The notes under the pieces: model-generated
Databases searched by the model: none
What the model saw: only the letters and a program-made list of their open reading frames with translations
Told to the model about the DNA's origin: nothing
Position numbers and translations under genes: made by a program
In this document: positions 40,401 through 55,200 of the stretch, piece by piece
Layout: each line of letters opens with the position of its first letter
Numbering within the stretch: position 1 is the stretch's first letter
Source of the DNA: Eledone cirrhosa
Taxonomy: Eukaryota
Assembly (NCBI GenBank): GCA_964016885.1
Contig: OZ024741.1
Span: 376,030,001 to 376,094,000 of the forward strand
Length of the DNA stretch: 64,000 bases
Direction: 5' to 3'

Positions 40401-43250
40401 ACACAGTAGACGTGGACAGTGGGGAACAACACAGTAGACGTGGACAGTGGGGAACAACACAGTAGACGTGGACAGTGAGGAACAACACGGTAGACGTTGA
40501 CAGTGAGGAACAACACAGTAGACGTGGACATTGGGGAACAACACAGTAGACGTGGACAGTGAGGAACAACACGGTAGACGTTGACAGTGAGGAACAACAC
40601 AGTAGACGTGGACAGTGGGGAACAACACAGTAGACGTGGACTGTGAGGAACAACACAGTAGACGTGGACAGTGAGGAACAACACAGTAGACGTGGACAGT
40701 GGGGAACAACACAGTAGACGTGGACAGTGGGGAACAACACAGTAGACGTGGACAGTGGGGAACAACACAGTAGACGTGGACAGTGGGGAACAACACAGTA
40801 GACGTGGACAGTGGGGAACAACACAGTAGACGTGGACAGTGGGGAACAACACAGTAGACGTGGACAGTGGGGAACAACACAGTAGACGTGGACAGTGGGG
40901 AACAACACAGTAGACGTGGACAGTGGGGTAACAACACAGTAGACGTGGACAGTGAGGAACAACACAGTAGACGTGGACAGTGGGGAACAACACAGTAGAC
41001 GTGGACAGTAGGGAACAACACAGTAGACGTGGACAGTGGGGAACAACACAGTAGACGTGGACAGTGAGGAACAACACAGTAGACGTGGACAGTGGGGAAC
41101 AACACAGTAGACGTGGATAGTGGGGAACAACCCAGTAGACGTGGACAGTGGGGGACAACACATCAGACGTGGACAGTGAGGAACAACACAGTAGAGGTGG
41201 ACAGTGGGGAACAACACAGTAGACGTGGACAGTGAGGAACAACACAGTAGACGTGGACAGTGGGGAACAACACAGTAGACGTGGATAGTGGGGAACAACC
41301 CAGTAGATGTGGACAGTGGGGAACAACACAGTAGACGTGGACAGTGGGGAACAACACAGTAGAGGTGGACAGTGGGGAACAACCCAGTAGACGTGGACAG
41401 TGAGGAACAACACAGTAGAGGTGGACAGTGGGGAACAACACAGTAGAGGTGGACAGTGAGGAACACAGTAGACGTGGACAGTGGGGAACAACACAGTAGA
41501 CGTGGACAGTGAGGAACAACACAGTAGACGTGGATAGTGGGGAACAACACAGTAGACGTGGACAGTGAGGAACAACACAGTAGACGTGGACAGTGAGGAA
41601 CAACACAGTAGACGTGGACAGTGGGGAACAACACAGTAGACGTTGACAGTGGGGAACAACACAGTAGACGTGGATAGTGGGGAACAACCCAGTAGACGTG
41701 GACAGTGGGGAACAACACAGTAGAGGTGGACAGTGGGGAACAACACAGTAGAGGTGGACAGTGAGGAACAACACAGTAGACGTGGACAGTGGGGAACAAC
41801 CCAGTAGACGTGGACAGTGAGGAACAACACAGTAGAGGTGGACAGTGAGGAACAACACAGTAGACGTGGACAGTGAGGAACAACACAGTAGACGTGGACA
41901 GTGGGGAACAACACAGTAGGCGTGGACAGTGGGGAACTACACAGTAGACGTGGACAGTGAGGAACAACACAGTAGAGCTGGACAGTGAGGAACAACACAG
42001 TAGACGTGGACAGTGAGGAACAACACAGTAGACGTGGACAGTGAGGAACAACACAGTAGACGTGGACAGTGAGGAACAACACAGTAGACGTGGACAGTGG
42101 GGAACAACACAGTAGACGTGGACAGTGGGGAACAACACAGTAGACGTGGACAGTGAGGAACAACACAGTAGACGTGGACAGTGGGGAACAACACAGTAGA
42201 CGTGGACAGTGGGGAACAACACAGTAGACGTGGACAGTGGGGAACAACACAGCAGAGTAGGACAGTCAGGAACAACACAGTAGACGTGGACAGTGGGGAA
42301 CAACACAGTAGACGTGGACAGTGAGGAACAACACAGTAGACGTGGACAGTGAGGAACAACACAGTAGACGTGGACAGTGAGGAACAACACAGTAGACGTG
42401 GACAGTGGGGAACAACACAGTAGACGTGGACAGTGAGGAACAACACATTAGAGGTGGACAGTGGGGAACAACACAGTAGAGGTGGACAGTGGGGAACAAC
42501 ACAGTAGACGTGGACAGTGAGGAACAACACATTAGAGGTGGACAGTGGGGAACAACACAGTAGACGTGGACGGTGGGGAACAACACAGTAGACGTGGACA
42601 GTGAGGAACAACACAGTAGACGTGGACAGTGGGGAACAACACAGTAGACGTGGACGGTGGGGAACAACACAGTAGACGTGGACAGTGAGGAACAACACAG
42701 TAGACGTGGACAGTGGGGAACAACACAGTAGACGTGGACAGTGGGGAACAACAGAGTAGATGTGGACGGTGGAAAACAACACAGTAGACGTGGACAGTGG
42801 GGAACAACACAGTAGACGTGGACAGTGGGGAACAACACATTAGAGGTGGACAGTGGGGAACAACACAGTAGAGGTGGACAGTGAGGAACAACACAGTAGA
42901 CGTGGACAGTGAGGAACAACACATTAGAGGTGGACAGTGGGGAACAACACAGTAGAGGTGGACAGTGGGGAACAACACAGTAGACGTGGACAGTGAGGAA
43001 CAACACATTAGAGGTGGACAGTGGGGAACAACACAGTAGACGTGGACAGTGGGGAACAACACAGTAGACGTGGACAGTGGGGAACAACACAGTAGACGTG
43101 TACAGTGGGGAACAACACATTAGAGGTGGACAGTGGGGAACAACACAGTAGACGTGGACAGTGGGGAACAACACAGTAGACGTGGACAGTGGGGAACAAC
43201 ACAGTAGACGTGGACAGTGAGGAACAACACAGTAGAGGTGGACAGTGAGG
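34410..43250. repeat. 2,967-bp higher-order repeat (106 monomers - 1 nt), about 3 copies
   Basis: ORF-track coordinates recur at +2967 (35229/38196/41163; 36003/38970/41937). The ggggTaac marker falls at about 34995/37962/40929. Net indel +1+1-3 = -1. Confidence 0.92.
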
Positions 43251-46200
43251 AACAACACAGTAGAGGTGGACAGTGAGGAACAACACAGTAGACGTGGACA
43301 GTGAGGAACAACACAGTAGACGTGGACAGTGGGGAACAACACAGTAGAGGTGGACAGTGGGGAACAACACAGTAGACGTGGACAGTGAGGAACAACACAG
43401 TAGAGTAGGACAGTCAGGAACAACACAGTAGACGTGGACAGTGGGGAACAACACAGTAGACGTGGACAGTGGGGAACAACACAGTAGACGTGGACAGTGA
43501 GGAACAACACAGTAGACGTGGACAGTGAGGAACAACACAGTAGACGTGGACAGTGGGGAACAACACAGTAGACGTGGACAGTGGGGAACAACACAGTAGA
43601 CGTGGACAGTGAGGAACAACACAGTAGACGTGGACAGTGGGGAACAACACAGTAGACGTGGACAGTGGGGAACAACACAGTAGACGTGGACAGTGGGGAA
43701 CAACACAGTAGACGTGGACAGTGGGGAACAACACAGTAGACGTGGACAGTGGGGAACAACACAGTAGACGTGGACAGTGGGGAACAACACAGTAGACGTG
43801 GACAGTGGGGAACAACACAGTAGACGTGGACAGTGAGGAACAACACAGTAGACGTGGACAGCGAGGAACAACACAGTAGACGTGGACAGTGAGGAACAAC
43901 ACAGTAGACGTGGACAGTGAGGAACAACACAGTAGACGTGGACAGTGGGGAACAACACAGTAGACGTGGACAGTGAGGAACAACACAGTAGACGTGGACA
44001 GTGAGGAACAACACAATAGACGTGGACAGTGGGGAACAACACAGTAGACGTGGACAGTGGGGAACAACACAGTAGACGTGGACAGTGAGGAACAACACAG
44101 TAGACGTGGACAGTGAGGAACAACACAGTAGACGTGGACAGTGGGGAACAACCCATTAGACGTGGACAGTGAGGAACAACACAATAGACGTGGACAGTGG
44201 GGAACAACACAGTAGACGTGGACAGTGGGGAACAACACAGTAGACGTGGACAGTGAGGAACAACACAGTAGACGTGGACAGTGGGGGAACAACACAGTAG
44301 ACGTGGACAGTGGGGAACAACACATTAGAGGTGGACAGTGGGGAACAACACAATAGACGTGGACAGTGGGGAACAACACAGTAGACGTGGACAGTGGGGA
44401 ACAACACAGTAGACGTGGACAGTGGGGAACAACACAGTAGACGTGGACAGTGGGGAACAACACAGTAGACGTGGACAGTTGGGAACAACACAGTAGACGT
44501 GGACAGTGGGGAGCAACACAGTAGACGTGGACAGTGAGGAACAACACAGTAGACGTGGACAGTGAGGAACAACACAGTAGACGTGGACAGTGAGGAACAA
44601 CACAGTAGACGTGGACAGTGGGGAACAACACAATAGACGTGGACAGTGGGGAACAACCCATTAGACGTGGACAGTGGGGAACAACACAGTAGACGTGGAC
44701 AGTGGGGAACAACACAGTAGACGTGGACAGTTGGGAACAACACAGTAGACGTGGACAGTGGGGAGCAACACAGTAGACGTGGACAGTGGGGGACAACACA
44801 GTAGACGTGGACAGTGAGGAACAACACATTAGAGGTGGACAGTGGGGAACAACACAGTAGAGGTGGACAGTGGGGAACAACACAGTAGAGGTGGACAGTG
44901 GGGAACAACACAGTAGACGTGGAGAGTGGGGAACAACACAGTAGAGGTGGACAGTGGGGAACAACACAGTAGACGTGGACAGTGAGGAACAACACATTAG
45001 AGGTGGACAGTGGGGAACAACACAGTAGAGGTGGACAGTGGGGAACAACACAGTAGACGTGGACAGTGGGGAACAACACAGTAGACGTGGACAGTGGGGA
45101 ACAACACTGTAGACGTGGACAGCGGGGAGCAACACAGTAGACGTGGACAGTGGGGAACAACACAGTAGAGGTGGACAGTGGGGAACAACACAGTAGACGT
45201 GGACAGTGAGGAACAACACAGTAGACGTGGACAGTGGGGAACAACACAGTAGACGTGGACAGTGGGGAACAACACAGTAGACGTGGACAGTGGGGAACAA
45301 CACAGTAGACGTGGACAGTGGGGAACAACACAGTAGACGTGGACAGTGAGGAACAACACAGTAGACGTGGACAGTGGGGAACAACACAGTAGACGTGGAC
45401 AGTGGGGAACAAAACAGTAGACGTGGACAGTGGGGAACAACACAGTAGACGTGGACAGTGAGGAACAACACAATAGAGGTGGACAGTGGGGAACAACACA
45501 GTAGAGGTGGACAGTGAGGAACAACACAGTAGACGTGGACAGTGGGGAACAACACAGTAGACGTGGACAGTGAGGAACAACACAGTAGACGTGGACAGTG
45601 GGGAACAAAACAGTAGACGTGGACAGTGGGGAACAACACAGTAGACGTGGACAGTGGGGAACAACACAGTAGACGTGGACAGTGAGGAACAACACAGTAG
45701 ACGTGGACAGTGGGGAACAAAACAGTAGACGTGGACAGTGGGGAACAACACAGTAGACGTGGACAGTGGGGAACAACACAGTAGACGTGCACAGTGAGGA
45801 ACAACACAGTAGACGTGGACAGTGAGGAACAACACAGTAGACGTGGACAGTGAGGAACAACACAGTAGACGTGGACAGTGGGGAACAACACAGTAGACGT
45901 GGACAGTGGGGAACAACACAGTAGACGTGGACAGTGAGGAACAACACGGTAGACGTTGACAGTGAGGAACAACACAGTAGACGTGGACAGTGGGGAACAA
46001 CACAGTAGACGTGGACTGTGAGGAACAACACAGTAGACGTGGACAGTGAGGAACAACACAGTAGACGTGGACAGTGGGGAACAACACAGTAGACGTGGAC
46101 AGTGGGGAACAACACAGTAGACGTGGACAGTGGGGAACAACACAGTAGACGTGGACAGTGGGGAACAACACAGTAGACGTGGACAGTGGGGAACAACACA

Positions 46201-49200
46201 GTAGACGTGGACAGTGGGGAACAACACAGTAGACGTGGACAGTGGGGAACAACACAGTAGACGTGGACAGTGGGGTAACAACACAGTAGACGTGGACAGT
46301 GAGGAACAACACAGTAGACGTGGACAGTGGGGAACAACACAGTAGACGTGGACAGTAGGGAACAACACAGTAGACGTGGACAGTGGGGAACAACACAGTA
46401 GACGTGGACAGTGAGGAACAACACAGTAGACGTGGACAGTGGGGAACAACACAGTAGACGTGGATAGTGGGGACAACCCAGTAGACGTGGACAGTGGGGG
46501 ACAACACATCAGACGTGGACAGTGAGGAACAACACAGTAGAGGTGGACAGTGGGGAACAACACAGTAGACGTGGACAGTGAGGAACAACACAGTAGACGT
46601 GGACAGTGGGGAACAACACAGTAGACGTGGATAGTGGGGAACAACCCAGTAGATGTGGACAGTGGGGAACAAGACAGTAGACGTGGACAGTGGGGAACAA
46701 CACAGTAGAGGTGGACAGTGGGGAACAACCCAGTAGACGTGGACAGTGAGGAACAACACAGTAGAGGTGGACAGTGGGGAACAACACAGTAGAGGTGGAC
46801 AGTGAGGAACACAGTAGACGTGGACAGTGGGGAACAACACAGTAGACGTGGACAGTGAGGAACAACACAGTAGACGTGGATAGTGGGGAACAACACAGTA
46901 GACGTGGACAGTGAGGAACAACACAGTAGACGTGGACAGTGAGCAACAACACAGTAGACGTGGACAGTGGGGAACAACACAGTAGACGTTGACAGTGGGG
47001 AACAACACAGTAGACGTGGATAGTGGGGAACAACCCAGTAGACGTGGACAGTGGGGAACAACACAGTAGAGGTGGACAGTGGGGAACAACACAGTAGAGG
47101 TGGACAGTGAGGAACAACACAGTAGACGTGGACAGTGGGGAACAACCCAGTAGACGTGGACAGTGAGGAACAACACAGTAGAGGTGGACAGTGAGGAACA
47201 ACACAGTAGACGTGGACAGTGAGGAACAACACAGTAGACGTGGACAGTGGGGAACAACACAGTAGGCGTGGACAGTGGGGAACTACACAGTAGACGTGGA
47301 CAGTGAGGAACAACACAGTAGAGCTGGACAGTGAGGAACAACACAGTAGACGTGGACAGTGAGGAACAACACAGTAGACGTGGACAGTGAGGAACAACAC
47401 AGTAGACGTGGACAGTGAGGAACAACACAGTAGAGGTGGACAGTGAGGAACAACACAGTAGACGTGGACAGTGAGGAACAACATAGTAGACGTGGACAGT
47501 GGGGATCAACCCAGTAGACGTGGACAGTGAGGAACAACACAGTAGACGTGGACAGTGAGGAACAACACAGTAGACGTGGACAGTGGGGAACAACACAGTA
47601 GACGTGGACAGTGGGGAACAACACAGTAGAGGTGGACAGTGAGGAACAACACAGTAGAGGTGAACAGTGAGGAACAACACAGTAGAGGTGGACAGTGAGG
47701 AACAACACAGTAGAGTAGGACAGTGAGGAACAACACAGTAGACGTGGACAGTGAGGAACAACACAGTAGACGTGGACAGTGAGGAACAACACAGTAGACG
47801 TGGACAGTGGGGAACAACACAGTAGACGTGGACAGTTGGGAACAACACAGTAGACGTGGACAGTGGGGAGCAACACAGTAGACGTGGACAGTGGGGAACA
47901 ACACAGTAGAGGTGGACAGTGGGGAACAACCCATTAGACGTGGACAGTGAGGAACAACACATTAGAGGTGGACAGTGGGGAACAACACAGTAGAGGTGGA
48001 CAGTGGGGAACAACACAGTAGACGTGGACAGTGGGGAACAACACAGTAGACGTGGACAGTGGGGAACAACACAGTAGACGTGGGCAGCGGGGAGCAACAC
48101 AGTAGACGTGGACAGTGGGGAACAACACAGTAGACGTGGACAGTGAGGAACAACACAGTAGACGTGCACAGTGGGGAACAACACAGTAGACGTGCACAGT
48201 GGGGAACAACACAGTAGACGTGGACAGTGAGGAACAACACAGTAGAGGTGGACAGTGGGGAACAACACAGTAGACGTGGACAGCGGGGAACAACACAGTA
48301 GACGTGGACAGTGGGGAACAACACAGTAGACGTGGACAGTGAGGAACAACACAGTAGACGTGGACAGTGAGGAACAACACAGTAGACGTGGACAGTGGGG
48401 AACAACACAGTAGACGTGGACAGTGAGGAACAACACAGTAGACGTGGACAGTGGGGAACAACACAGTAGACGTGGACAGTGAGGAACAACACAGTAGACG
48501 TGGACAGTGCGGAACAACACAGTAGACGTGGACAGTGGGGAACAACACAGTAGACGTTGACAGTGAGGAACAACACAGTAGACGTGGACAGTGGGGAACA
48601 ACACAGTAGACGTTGACAGTGAGGAACAACACAGTAGACGTGGACAGTGGGGAACAACACAGTAGACGTGGACAGTGAGGAAGAACACAGTAGACGTGGA
48701 CAGTGGGGAACAACACAGTAGACGTTGACAGTGAGGAACAACACAGTAGACGTGGACAGTGGGGAACAACACAGTAGACGTGGACAGTGAGGAACAACAC
48801 AGTAGACGTGGACAGTGGGGAACAACACAGTAGACGTGGACAGTGGGGAACAACACAGTAGACGTGGACAGTGGGGAACAACACAGTAGACGTGGACAGT
48901 GAGGAACAACACAGTAGACGTGGACAGTGAGGAACAACACAGTAGACGTGGACAGTGGGGAACAACACAGTAGACGTGGACAGTGGGGAACAACACAGTA
49001 GACGTGGACAGTGGGGAACAACACAGTAGACGTGGACAGTGGGGAACAACACAGTAGACGTGGACAGTGGGGAACAACACAGTAGACGTGGACAGTGGGG
49101 AACAACACAGTAGAGGTGGACAGTGGGGAACAACACAGTAGACGTGGACAGTGGGGAACAACACAGTAGACGTGGACAGTGGGGAACAACACAGTAGACG

Positions 49201-52200
49201 TGGACAGTGGGGAACAACACAGTAGAGGTGGACAGTGGGGAACAACACATTAGAGGTGGACAGTGGGGAACAACACAGTAGAGGTGGACAGTGAGGAACA
49301 ACACAGTAGACGTGGACAGTGGGGAACAACACAGTAGACGTGGACAGTGGGGAACAACACAGTAGACGTGGACAGTGGGGAACAACACAGTAGAGGTGGA
49401 CAGTGAGGAACAACACAGTAGACGTGGACAGTGGGGAACAACACAGTAGACGTGGACAGTGGGGAACAACACAGTAGAGGTGGACAGTGGGGAACAACAC
49501 AGTAGACGTGGACAGTGGGGAACAACACAGTAGACGTGGACAGTGGGGGAACAACACAGTAGACGTGGACAGTGGGGAACAACACAGTAGACGTGGACAG
49601 TGGGGAACAACACAGTAGAGGTGGACAGTGGGGAACAACACAGTAGACGTGGACAGTGGGGAACAACACAGTAGACGTGGACAGTGGGGAACAACACAGT
49701 AGACGTGGACAGTGGGGAACAACACAGTAGAGGTGGACAGTGGGGAACAACACAGTAGACGTGGACAGTGGGGAACAACACAGTAGACGTGGACAGTGGG
49801 GAACAACACAGTAGACGTGGACAGTGGGGAACAACACAGTAGACGTGGACAGTGAGGAACAACACAGTAGAGGTGGACAGTGGGGAACAACACAGTAGAC
49901 GTGGACAGTGAGGAACAACAGAGTAGACGTGGACAGTGGGGAACAACACAGTAGACGTGGACAGTGGGGAACAACACAGTAGACGTGGGCAGTGAGGAAC
50001 AACACAGTAGACGTGGACAGTGGGGAACAACACAGTAGACGTGGACAGTGGGGAACAACACAGTAGACGTGGACAGTGAGGTACAACACAGTGGACGTGG
50101 ACAGTGGGGAACAACACAGTAGACGTGGACAGTAGGGAACAACACAGTAGACGTGGACAGTGGGGAACAACACAGTAGACGTGGACAGTGAGGAACAACA
50201 CAGTAGACGTGGACAGTGGGGAACAACACAGTAGACGTGGATAGTGGGGAACAACCCAGTAGACGTGGACAGTGGGGGACAACACATCAGACGTGGACAG
50301 TGAGGAACAACACAGTAGAGGTGGACAGTGGGGAACAACACAGTAGACGTGGACAGTGAGGAACAACACAGTAGACGTGGACAATGGGGAACAGCACAGT
50401 AGACGTGGATAGTGGGGAACAACCCAGTAGATGTGGACAGTGGGGAACAACACAGTAGACGTGGACAGTGGGGAACAACACAGTAGAGGTGGACAGTGGG
50501 GAACAACCCAGTAGACGTGGACAGTGAGGAACAACACAGTAGAGGTGGACAGTGGGGAACAACACAGTAGAGGTGGACAGTGAGGAACACAGTAGACGTG
50601 GACAGTGGGGAACAACACAGTAGACGTGGACAGTGAGGAACAACACAGTAGACGTGGATAGTGGGGAACAACACAGTAGACGTGGACAGTGAGGAACAAC
50701 ACAGTAGACGTGGACAGTGAGGAACAACACAGTAGACGTGGACAGTGGGGAACAACACAGTAGACGTGGACAGTGGGGAACAACACAGTAGACGTGGATA
50801 GTGGGGAACAACACAGTAGACGTGGACAGTGGGGAACAACACAGTAGACGTGGACAGTGGGGAACATCCCAGTAGACGTGGACAGTGGGGAACAACACAG
50901 TAGAGGTGGACAGTGTGGAACAACACAGTAGACGTGGACAGTGGGGAACAACACAGTAGAGGTGGACAGTGAGGAACAACACAGTAGACGTGGACAGTGG
51001 GGAACAACCCAGTAGACGTGGACAGTGAGGAACAACACAGTAGAGGTGGACAGTGAGGAACAACACAGTAGACGTGGACAGTGAGGAACAACACAGTAGA
51101 CGTGGACAGTGGGGAACAACACAGTAGGCGTGGACAGTGGGGAACAACACAGTAGACGTGGACAGTGAGGAACAACACAGTAGAGGTGGACACTGAGGAA
51201 CAACACAGTAGACGTGGACAGTGAGGAACAACACAGTAGACGTGGACAGTGAGGAACAACACAGTAGACGTGGACAGTGAGGAACAACACAGTAGAGGTG
51301 GACAGTGAGGAACAACACAGTAGACTTGGACAGTGAGGAACAACACAGTAGACGTGGACAGTGGGGAACAACCCAGTAGACGTGGACAGTGAGGAACAAC
51401 ACAGTAGACGTGGACAGTGGGGAACAACACAGTAGACGTGGACAGTGGGGAACAACACAGTAGACGTGGACAGTGGGGAACAACACAGTAGACGTGGACA
51501 GTGAGGAACAACACAGTAGACGTGGACAGTGGGGAACAACACAGTAGACGTGGACAGTGGGGAACAACACAGTAGACGTGGACAGTGGGGAACAACCCAG
51601 TAGACGTGGACAGTGAGGAACAACACAGTAGACGTGGACAGTGGGGAACAACACAGTAGACGTGGACAGTGGGGAACAACACAGTAGAGGTGGACAGTGA
51701 GGAACAACACAGTAGAGGTGGACAGTGTGGAACAACACAGTAGACGTGGACAGTGGGGAACAACACAGTAGAGGTGGACAGTGAGGAACAACACAGTAGA
51801 GGTGGACAGTGAGGAACAACACAGTAGAGGTGGACAGTGAGGAACAACACAGTAGAGTAGGACAGTGAGGAACAACACAGTAGACGTGGACAGTGAGGAA
51901 CAACACAGTAGACGTGGACAGTGAGGAACAACACAGTAGACGTGGACAGTGGGGAACAACACAGTAGACGTGGACAGTTGGGAACAACACAGTAGACGTG
52001 GACAGTGGGGAACAACACAGTAGACGTGGACAGTGGGGAACAACACAGTAGACGTGGACAGTGGGGAACAACACAGTAGACGTGCACAGTGGGGAACAAC
52101 ACAGTAGACGTGGACAGTGAGGAGCAACACAGTAGACGTGGACAGTGGGGAACAACACAGTAGAGGTGGACAGTGGGGAACAACACAGTAGACGTGGACA

Positions 52201-55200
52201 GTGGGGAACAACACAGTAGACGTGCACAGTGGGGAACAACACAGTAGACGTGGACAGTGAGGAGCAACACAGTAGACGTGGACAGTGGGGAACAACACAG
52301 TAGAGGTGGACAGTGGGGAACAACACAGTAGAGGTGGACAGTGAGGAACAACACAGTAGACGTGGACAGTGGGGAACAACACAGTAGACGTGCACAGTCT
52401 GGAACAACACAGTAGAAGTGGACAGTGGGGAACAACACAGTAGAGGTGGACAGTGGGGAACAACACAGTAGACGTGGACAGTGAGGAACAACACATTAGA
52501 GGTGGACGGTGGGGAACAACACAGTAGAGGTGGACAGTGGGGAACAACACAGTAGAGGTGGACAGTGGGGAACAACACAGTAGACGTGGACAGTGAGGAA
52601 CAACACATTAGAGGTGGACAGTGGGGAACAACACAGTAGAGGTGGACAGCGGGGAACAACACAGTAGACGTGGACAGTGGGGAACAACACAGTAGACGTG
52701 GACAGTGGGGAACAACACAGTAGATGTGGACAGTGGGGAACAACACAGTAGAGGTGGACAGTGGGGAACAACACAGTAGACGTGGACAGTGAGGAACAAC
52801 ACATTAGAGGTGGACAGTGGGGAACAACACAGTAGAGGTGGACAGTGGGGAACAACACAGTAGACGTGGACAGTGGGGAACAACACAGTAGACGTGGACA
52901 GTGGGGAACAACACAGTAGACGTGGACAGCGGGGAGCAACACAGTAGACGTGGACAGTGGGGAACAACACAGTAGACGTGGACAGTGGGGAACAACACAG
53001 TAGACGTGCACAGTGGGGAACAACACAGTAGACGTGGACAGTGGGGAACAACACAGTAGACGTGGACAGTGGGGAACAACACAGTAGACGTGGACAGTGG
53101 GGAACAACACAGTAGACGTGGACAGTGGGGAACAACACAGTAGAGGTGGACAGTGGGGAACAACACAGTAGACGTGGACAGTGGGGGAACAACACAGTAG
53201 ACGTGGACAGTGGGGAACAACACAGTAGACGTGGACAGTGGGGAACAACACAGTAGACGTGGACAGTGGGGAACAACACAGTAGACGTGGACAGTGGGGA
53301 ACAACACAGTAGAGGTGGACAGTGGGGAACAACACAGTAGAGGTGGACAGTGGGGAACAACACAGTAGACGTGGACAGTGGGGAACAACACAGGAGACGT
53401 GGACAGTGGGGGACAACACAGTAGACGTGGACAGTGAGGAACAACACAGTAGACGTGGACAGTGGGGAACAACACATTAGAGGTGGACAGTGGGGGACAA
53501 CACAGAAGACGTGAACAGTGGGGAACAACACATTAGAGGTGGACAGTGGGGAACAACACAGTAGACGTGGACAGTGGGGAACAACACAGTAGACGTGGAC
53601 AGTGAGGAACAACACAGTAGAGGTGGACAGTGGGGAACAGCACAGTAGAGGTGGACAGTGAGGAACAACACAGTAGACGTGGACAGTGAGGAACAACACA
53701 GTAGACGTGGACAGTGGGGAACAACACAGTAGACGTGGACAGTGGGGGACAACACAGAAGACGTGGACAGTGGGGGACAACACAGTAGACGTGAACAGTG
53801 GGGAACAACACATTAGAGGTGGACAGTGGGGAACAACACAGTAGACGTGGACAGTGGGGAACAACACAGTAGACGTGAACAGTGGGGAACAACACATTAG
53901 AGGTGGACAGTGGGGAACAACACAGTAGACGTGGACAGTGGGGAACAACACAGTAGACGTGGACAGTGAGGAACAACACAGTAGAGGTGGACAGTGGGGA
54001 ACAGCACAGTAGAGGTGGACAGTGAGGAACAACACAGTAGACGTGGACAGTGAGGAACAACACAGTAGACGTGGACAGTGGGGAACAACACATTAGAGGT
54101 GGACAGTGGGGAACAACACAGTAGACGTGGACAGTGGGGAACAACACAGTAGACGTGGACAGTGGGGAACAACACAGTAGACGTGGACAGTGAGGAACAA
54201 CACAGTAGACGTGGACAGTGAGGAACAACACAGTAGACGTGGACAGTGGGGAACAACACAGTAGACGTGGACAGTGAGGAACAACACAGTAGACGTGGAC
54301 AGTGAGGAACAACACAGTAGATGTGGACAGTGAGGAACAACACAGTAGACGTGGACAGTGGGGAACAACACAGTAGACGTGGACAGTGGGGAACAACACA
54401 GTAGACGTGGACAGTGGGGAACAACACAGTAGACGTGGACAGTGGGGAACAACACAGTAGACGTGGACAGTGGGGAACAACACAGTAGACGTGGACAGTG
54501 GGGAACAACACAGTAGAGGTGGACAGTGGGGAACAACACAGTAGACGTGGACAGTGAGGAACAACACAGTAGACGTGGACAGTGGGGAACAACACAGTAG
54601 ACGTGGACAGTGGGGAACAACACAGTAGACGTGGACAGTGAGGAACAACACAGTAGACGTGGACAGTGGGGAACAACACAGTAGACGTGGACAGTGGGGA
54701 ACAACACAGTAGACGTGGACAGTGAGGAACAACACAGTAGACGTGGACTGTGAGGAACAACACAGTAGACGTGGACAGTGAGGAACAACACAGTAGACGT
54801 GGACTGTGAGGAACAACACGGTAGACGTTGACAGTGAGGAACAACACAGTAGACGTGGACAGTGAGGAACAAGACGGTAGACGTTGACAGTGAGGACAAC
54901 ACAGTAGACGTGGACATTGGGGAACAACACAGTAGACGTGGACTTTGAGGAACAACACAGTAGACGTGGACAGTGAGGAACAACACAGTAGACGTGGACA
55001 GTGGGGAACAACACAGTAGACGTGGACAGTGGGGAACAACACAGTAGACGTGGACAGTGAGGAACAACACAGTAGACGTGGACAGTGGGGAACAACACAG
55101 TAGACGTGGACAGTGAGGAACAACACAGTAGACGTGGACAGTGGGGAACAACACAGTAGACGTGGACAGTGGGGAACAACACAGTAGACGTGGACAGTGG

